From the IMG/VR virus record IMGVR_UViG_3300036781_000090, positions 1 through 63,203 of that record: a DNA stretch of 63,203 bases; one strand, written 5' to 3'. The notes under the pieces were generated by a model. It saw only the letters and a program-made list of their open reading frames with translations. It had not been told where the DNA came from and ran no database searches. Position 1 is the stretch's first letter. Each line of letters opens with the position of its first letter. The position numbers were made by a program, and so were the translations under genes. Positions 57,558 to 63,203 of the stretch are shown one piece after another. Source of the DNA: a virus. Its lineage: Duplodnaviria > Caudoviricetes.

Positions 57558-59461
57558 AAAAACTGCTTTTCTCTGCGTTATTTTTCCTTGCTCTTTGTGC
57601 TCCTTCATTCTCTCAGGGGTGTGGGCCGAATAATGCAAATTGCATCGTCCCAACGGCCCCTCCTGGCACTAATAACAATCAGGCTGCTTCTACGGCGTTT
57701 GTTCAGCAAGCTATTAGCGGAGGCGGGTCCGCTATCACGGCCCTTACTGGCGATGTGACTGCCGTAGGTCCAGGGTCAGTGGCCGCTACACTGGCAACCG
57801 TAAATTCTAATGTTGGTTCTTTCGGCGGTGCAAACTCAATCCCATCGTTTACCGTTGATGCCAAGGGCCGCATTACTGCGGCTAGCAGCAATGTTCCTGC
57901 TATTCCGTTTACTGAAATTACAGGGACGCCATCTTGTTCCCAGATACAAACCTTTACTGGAGATATAACAAATTCTCTCTGCGTAATGACGCTGGCAACG
58001 GTCAACTCAAACGTTGGGACGTTTGGTGACTCAACCCACGCCGTTACGGTTACGGCAGATGGCAAGGGAAGAATTACTGCAATATCTCAAACGCCAATTG
58101 TCGCGGCTAGCTCTATATCAACCCCGGGCGGCAGATTAACCCCTGTCTCGGCAATGCCTGTCATCACCACAAGCGCTACGGCGGTAACGACATTATATTA
58201 TGCCCCTATTTCTGGGGTTTATCCAACTGTACCTATATATAATGGCACTTCTTTTGTGCCTACGTTGTTTGCATCAAGCGGCACTGACAAAGTCGGACTT
58301 ACGCACGTCCTAAGCCCAACCGCTCATAACAGCGATGCGGCTTATGACGAATTTGTCGGTCTTGACGGTTCAACGGTTCGGCTTGGTACTGGACCAAATT
58401 GGCAAAGCCTATCGGGGGTAATCAACGGGCCTTGCGGGCAAACGTCTTCTGGAGGCAGGGGCACGGGTGCCGGAACTACAGAACTTATAATGATGTTTGG
58501 TATTTGTGTGAATGCAAATACCATGACAGTTACCTACAATGACGGATCAAGTAGCGGGACGTTTAGTTGCCCCCAATATAGGTGCACTTATGTTGGCAGT
58601 GCATTCATCCCACAAGCGTCTACCACTCTCCGGGCAGCTATATCTTCAACTGGCGCGACTAGTATCAGCGTGACTGACCCTTGCGGGTCCGGTTGGACCT
58701 GTTTCCCTTATAGCGCCCCGACCAGCCCTCTATCTTTCTATATCAAGATTGATAGTGAAATTATGCTCGTTACTTCAGGGAATGAATGTACATTTGTCCC
58801 GGGAACTGGGTGTGGGACATACGCTGGAACTTGGACTGTAACCAGGGCTCAAAGAGGAACAACCGCTGCTACTCATCTTAACGGTGCTGCCGTTAATATG
58901 TCTCCAGGACAGACGCAATGTTCTCTGAAGCCAGCAAACGGTTCCGCTTCAGCAAACGGTGGTGATGCTTCTCTGTGTGCTATCTATAACGCATACAATC
59001 GAAGCCCTATGTCTATCTACTCCCGAGATAATGTCATTCAGTGGACGTACACGACGCCCAACGTATGGCATTCGTGCAATGGCTCCAATGCGAACCGTTT
59101 TGCATGGTTTGATGGACTAGGAACGATGGAGGTAGAGGCTAGAAACTACACCTCCATTTTAGGATTCGGGGACGGCGGGACGGGCATAGATTCGACCACC
59201 GCCCCACTAGGTCTTTTTTCTCTCAATTCTCTTTCTACTAATTCGGGATCGTCACCGAGTCTCGTCGCTGATGGTAGCGGAGTGGCAAATCTTAGCGGCA
59301 ACCAAACACTGCAAATGCCACCATCAGTCGCGACACAGCAATCTATCGGACGGCATTATGCCCAATGCCTCGAATATATCGATACCACCACTGTTGGCGG
59401 TCACAATATTGTTGGCAGCGGTCAGGGGTATCAGATGATTATTGGCGTCTTAAACAACTGA
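57554..59461 (+). CDS. Cys-rich tail fibre/spike with signal peptide
   Basis: PTA..GTN..Q.ASTAFVQ, TVDAKGRITA repeat x2, PGGRLT. Confidence 0.75.
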   Translation: MKKLLFSALFFLALCAPSFSQGCGPNNANCIVPTAPPGTNNNQAASTAFVQQAISGGGSAITALTGDVTAVGPGSVAATLATVNSNVGSFGGANSIPSFTVDAKGRITAASSNVPAIPFTEITGTPSCSQIQTFTGDITNSLCVMTLATVNSNVGTFGDSTHAVTVTADGKGRITAISQTPIVAASSISTPGGRLTPVSAMPVITTSATAVTTLYYAPISGVYPTVPIYNGTSFVPTLFASSGTDKVGLTHVLSPTAHNSDAAYDEFVGLDGSTVRLGTGPNWQSLSGVINGPCGQTSSGGRGTGAGTTELIMMFGICVNANTMTVTYNDGSSSGTFSCPQYRCTYVGSAFIPQASTTLRAAISSTGATSISVTDPCGSGWTCFPYSAPTSPLSFYIKIDSEIMLVTSGNECTFVPGTGCGTYAGTWTVTRAQRGTTAATHLNGAAVNMSPGQTQCSLKPANGSASANGGDASLCAIYNAYNRSPMSIYSRDNVIQWTYTTPNVWHSCNGSNANRFAWFDGLGTMEVEARNYTSILGFGDGGTGIDSTTAPLGLFSLNSLSTNSGSSPSLVADGSGVANLSGNQTLQMPPSVATQQSIGRHYAQCLEYIDTTTVGGHNIVGSGQGYQMIIGVLNN

Positions 59462-59471
59462 GGTCGTATAG

Positions 59472-59981
59472 ATGCATTCCAGCTTTAAAGCATCTCTAAG
59501 ACTCGTCCTTAAAAGCGAGGGCGGCAATGATGATGACCCTTCTGACCATGGCGGCAGAACTTCTCGCGGTATTACTCAGGCGACATATGATGCATGGTGT
59601 CAGATAGAGAAAAAGCCAAAGGGTGACGTTTGGGAAGCCTCGGATGTGGATGTCTCCACGATCTACCTGGATAACTACTGGAACCCGTGGTGTGATAGTC
59701 TCCCTGTTGGGGTTGATTATATGTTCTTCGATATGTCCGTAAACGGCGGACACCATAGGGCTATTGTTCTGTTGCAAAAAGCTCTTGGTGTTGCCGCCGA
59801 TGGCGTAATGGGGCCGCAGACCAGATTATCAATATCCAAATCTGATCGTCAGGAATTGATAAAGAGATTCACTCAGGTAAAAAGGGATTGGTATATTTCA
59901 CTTCACCAGCCGAAATATACAAAAGGGTGGCTTAACAGGTGCGATAGTGTGCAAAAAGATGCTCTACAGATGATTTCCTGA
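59472..59981 (+). CDS. Endolysin, glycosyl hydrolase family 108
   Basis: EGG..DDP.DHGG.T..GIT…Y..NYW…FD..VN.G…LQ.ALGV..DG..GP.T…GWLNR. Confidence 0.92.
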   Translation: MHSSFKASLRLVLKSEGGNDDDPSDHGGRTSRGITQATYDAWCQIEKKPKGDVWEASDVDVSTIYLDNYWNPWCDSLPVGVDYMFFDMSVNGGHHRAIVLLQKALGVAADGVMGPQTRLSISKSDRQELIKRFTQVKRDWYISLHQPKYTKGWLNRCDSVQKDALQMIS

Positions 59982-59998
59982 AACAACATAGGTCAGAG

Positions 59999-60403
59999 AT
60001 GAATAAGCTTACTACAAGCCAGAAATTTCAAATCGCTCTTGGCGTCCTTGGTGTCCTTGTTGCTTCTACCGGTCAACTAACTGACTTGTTCGGCCCACAG
60101 GTTACAAAATATGTTGTTTCGGTAGCCGGTCTTGGAGTGGCTATGCTTTCGACCGTTGGTGCGATTGTCACGGGTCAAGGCAGCCAGATTCAAGACGTTC
60201 AAGATATGGCCCGCAACAACCCTAATTCAGATGCCGGTAAGGCGGTTGTCCAAACTGTGGTTGATTTTGCCAAGAACCCTACATCTCCGGTTCAGGGAAT
60301 CATCACTACGGCAACACCGGAAGGTAAAGCCTTGGCCGCGTCTATTCCAGGTCCAATTGTCACGGCTGGCTCTGATGCCGCTGTTGATATCGCAAAATCC
60401 TAG
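59999..60403 (+). CDS. Putative holin / membrane lysis protein
   Basis: Two TM segments, right after the endolysin. Confidence 0.55.
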   Translation: MNKLTTSQKFQIALGVLGVLVASTGQLTDLFGPQVTKYVVSVAGLGVAMLSTVGAIVTGQGSQIQDVQDMARNNPNSDAGKAVVQTVVDFAKNPTSPVQGIITTATPEGKALAASIPGPIVTAGSDAAVDIAKS

Positions 60404-60411
60404 AGGAACAT

Positions 60412-60819
60412 ATGAAAAAGATTACTTCTTTAATCGCCGCTGTATTTCTTGCCGTATCTTTGGCTGGGTGTGCAGGATTTGTTCAGAAAGTAGAGACGGC
60501 TGTTTCTGTCGTCACATCTGCATCTGTTACGCCGCAAGAGGCTTATATCGCAATCAATGCGTTTGATGCTGTTGAGGCGACGACCACGAATGTTCTTCGG
60601 GTTCCTTTGTGCAACGGAACTAGACCAGTCTGCCGTCCGTTGGGTGTAAGAGAGCAGATCAATAAGACCGTTCTAGCGGGTCGGGTAGCCCGTAACGAGG
60701 TCAAGGCTTATATGAGAGCCAACCCCGGCCAGAGCATTTCAATCCAGAGCTTCTCGGACCTGAAATCAGCCACCTCATCGCTTCAAGTCATCGTTTCAAC
60801 CTATCAGTCAGCGAGCTAA
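60412..60819 (+). CDS. Lipoprotein, possible spanin component
   Basis: LAGC lipobox; lysis cluster. Confidence 0.65.
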   Translation: MKKITSLIAAVFLAVSLAGCAGFVQKVETAVSVVTSASVTPQEAYIAINAFDAVEATTTNVLRVPLCNGTRPVCRPLGVREQINKTVLAGRVARNEVKAYMRANPGQSISIQSFSDLKSATSSLQVIVSTYQSAS

Positions 60820-60821
60820 CC

Positions 60822-61109
60822 ATGAACGTAGTCTTGACGCTTCTGCTTCAGATCATCTCGCAGATTTCTGGTAATGCGACGGTTGACCTTATAGCTAGGA
60901 TTATCAGCGCGCTAGAAATCCTCATTCCTCTGATAAAGGACGAGATTCAGACGCTATATCCCATTGTGCAGAACATAATCGCTGCACTCCGTGGGAACGG
61001 CGAAATCACTCAAGATCAAATGGATGCTCTTGATAAGGCTGAATCTGCGCTTGACGATCAATTCGATGCAGCTAATGCGGCAGCGATGGCTGAGGAGAAC
61101 AAGGGTTAG
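60822..61109 (+). CDS. Hypothetical lysis-cluster protein
   Basis: Hydrophobic N-terminus and helical tail. Confidence 0.6.
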   Translation: MNVVLTLLLQIISQISGNATVDLIARIISALEILIPLIKDEIQTLYPIVQNIIAALRGNGEITQDQMDALDKAESALDDQFDAANAAAMAEENKG

Positions 61110-61583
61110 CCGTATTCTCTAAGGTGTCCGAAAGCTTCAAATTCTTGTGGGATGCCTGCCAACAGGCGTCCCCAATCGTTTGTTTTCTAGAGACTATCGC
61201 CATCGTAGTTATCTGGCGTCAAATGAAGTTCGAACGTGTTGAGCATCGGAAGTCTGAGAATGGCTTTACATCAACGGTTCTTAAGCACGCAAAAGTTACG
61301 GATAAACTGGCAAATGCTCTCAATCGTCTATCTAACAAAAGCAGGCGGCAATGAGCCTAGCCATGGAATCTGAACCACAAGGATGGTTTATCAGATGGTG
61401 GCGGGGATTATTTGCCCCCAACCCTTCTATTGAACTCATGAACCTGGATACTGCCACCAAGAGATTAGAAAGTGCTGCCATTAAGATTGAGGCAGCCGCA
61501 GCCAAACTTGAAGACCCTTGGGGCGCTATGAGTAGGCATATGAAGGAGCCTCGGCCTCGTAAAAAGCGCAAGGCTCCAAAGAA

Positions 61584-62033
61584 ATGAATGATCTTGGCTT
61601 GCTAATGTTCGGCGTCAGTAATGCCGTATTTTCTCCACAGCTAATCGAGTTTCTCAATGGATCAACATTTGTCCTCCATATTTCAATGGCATGGTTCTTT
61701 GGCGAATACACTCTATTGAGGTTTCACGATTACGGGTTTTCCAGAGAGACTTATGATAGGGTGGATGGCCCTCTATCAGTTACGATTGTGTCTATTGGTT
61801 GCGCTATTGTTCGCGGGTCATTTTGGCTTCTCCGATTTATGCAAAACCGGCACATGCCTACAGAGGCAATCGTTCCGTCCTTGTCGGTTCTGGTTATTAT
61901 CGGAGCAGCCATTACGGTAGCTGGTGGGGTTTGCGCGGTGCGCGTGTTCGCAAACCCTAAGTACGGGAAATATCCATGGGTGACAACGTTCATTGTCTCC
62001 ATGCTATTCGGAGCATTGGCTTTCTTGCATTGA
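61584..62033 (+). CDS. Multi-pass membrane protein
   Basis: About four TM segments. Confidence 0.6.
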   Translation: MNDLGLLMFGVSNAVFSPQLIEFLNGSTFVLHISMAWFFGEYTLLRFHDYGFSRETYDRVDGPLSVTIVSIGCAIVRGSFWLLRFMQNRHMPTEAIVPSLSVLVIIGAAITVAGGVCAVRVFANPKYGKYPWVTTFIVSMLFGALAFLH

Positions 62034-62537
62034 TTATAAACCTGAATTTGGGAAACAAATGTCATCCCGCAACGGCAATGGTTGGACTAAGTACGCCACT
62101 ATCGGCGCTGCTGTAATTCCGGCTTTTGCCGCTTTTGTCACGGTCATAGTTCAATATTCCAATCAAGCCGCTGAAGTACGATTGCAGGCTACTCGAAATT
62201 CTGAATACGAACGCAGACTAGGAATATCTGAAGACACGGCCAGAAGGCAGGAGTTGCTAATGGCCAACCAAGCCCAAGCCTTGAATGAAATTGAAACGCA
62301 GTTTTGCGAAAGTGACCATCTTAGGAATTTGATGCACGCGGAAGACCTGAGAAAGTTATCCATGCTTTGGGAGAAGACGTTCGCTATAAAAATCCCTACC
62401 GACAATGCGTATTATCCCATTGTGTGTAATCGGAAAGCGCGTCAGTAACGATATGAATGTGAACAGTTTTCACAATAGGAAAGGTTAGTTTCATACCGCG
62501 CCAAACGGAATTTGGCATAGCAGAAGGAAGAAGCAGT

Positions 62538-62834
62538 ATGTTTACATTGAAGCTCTATAGAAATGGCCCGATTTCGCCCGGTGGAATGACCGTCATTGTG
62601 GAAACTTGTGGGTTATGGGTCGGTCACTGTGACAATGACATAAAACATGTGCAGGCCTTCAAAAAGAAGGTTGGCGTGATGGATGAAGAAGGAACGCCAG
62701 AGTTCTATGTTGGTGGCTCTTGGAAGCCTATTGCTGGCGCTGGCGATCTTCCTACAGCCATTAATGAGAGTAATTATTTTGATTGGGGTGTCCTTGAAAA
62801 CGCCCAAGGCAAAACAACGGAAATGTTTCGCTAA
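62538..62834 (+). CDS. Conserved phage protein
   Basis: MFTLKL…EN..GKT.E pattern; GAAGGAAG RBS. Confidence 0.65.
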   Translation: MFTLKLYRNGPISPGGMTVIVETCGLWVGHCDNDIKHVQAFKKKVGVMDEEGTPEFYVGGSWKPIAGAGDLPTAINESNYFDWGVLENAQGKTTEMFR

Positions 62835-62851
62835 GAGATAGCGTGATAAAT

Positions 62852-62886
62852 AACCCCGCTGTCAGAAATGATGGCGGGGTTTTGTT
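62852..62886 (+). terminator. Intrinsic terminator
   Basis: AACCCCGCTGTCA-GAAA-TGATGGCGGGGTT followed by TTGTT. Confidence 0.85.
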
Positions 62887-62922
62887 ATTTGACGGTTCCG
62901 TGACGGTATGGCATAAGGTGAA

Positions 62923-63042
62923 GCGCAGTGGTTGGGAGAGCACCGACCCGTGAGGAAAGGTTTAGTCTGACCCGAAAGGGTAAATTACCGAAAGCGGGAA
63001 ACCGCATGCCTCTATTGTCAGGGTTAAGCGCCTGACCTGCGC
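62923..63042 (+). ncRNA. Putative structured RNA / leader upstream of the CHAP-like gene
   Basis: TTGACG-N17-CATAAG promoter; ends pair (GCGCAG/CTGCGC); internal GAAA-capped hairpins. Confidence 0.6.
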
Positions 63043-63203
63043 GCCAATTAACAAGATACGGTTTAGGAGGACCGGAGAAAAGCGAACATAAACCCAACGG
63101 AGAACCAACACGATGATACGTGCGACCGTCATCGCGGTAGTCACCGCCGCTGTCTGTATGCTCGGCTTCTCGCCAGCCCAAGCTAAACCAAAGCGTTACC
63201 ACC

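Noticed and set aside
55508-59461. Diversity-generating retroelement, suggested by BPP-1-like head genes
   Set aside because: No reverse transcriptase ORF and no TR/VR repeat pair seen.
62945-63015. Hammerhead ribozyme, RNase P or c-di-GMP-I riboswitch assignment
   Set aside because: Only fragments (CTGA, GAAA, GAGGAAAG) match; full conserved cores are absent, so the RNA is left unassigned.
63077-63203. 127-bp terminal repeat as a biological DTR
   Set aside because: Length equals a common assembler k-mer and it cuts into a gene; it indicates circularity only.

Overview
The window is a complete, circularly assembled ~63.1 kb tailed phage genome: bases 1-127 recur exactly at 63077-63203. It is a podovirus with a BPP-1/T7-like virion module (TerS/TerL, head-tail connector portal, scaffold, capsid, cement, adaptor, nozzle, internal virion proteins, fibres, GH108 endolysin). 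GcrA-, GapR- and DnaA-CTD-like genes point to an alphaproteobacterial (Rhizobiales-like) host. The 1-23 kb early region has two divergent arms of small accessory genes plus ERF, NinB, HNH endonucleases and a replication initiator. I saw no integrase, polymerase, helicase or ParA. An intact 2160-bp IS1595-family element with passenger genes, 16-bp IRs and an 8-bp TSD splits a small gene. Main unexplained signals: (1) about 28 copies of a short dyad, YTAA-N7-TYAAY (core TAAC-N5-GTTA), at accessory-gene junctions and usually containing the upstream stop codon. It looks like a tyrosine-recombinase/attI-type simple site defining a gene-cassette array, or alternatively a CtrA box. (2) A palindromic TTGACAG(C/G)CTGTCAA operator/promoter family. 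(3) Five Cys-containing fibre/decoration proteins with Sec-type signal peptides. (4) Several compact structured RNAs, including a tRNA mimic. (5) Shared short peptide motifs (WYG, YDPL) linking small proteins to the scaffold and terminase. All protein assignments are by eye from motifs and synteny; no database search was run.
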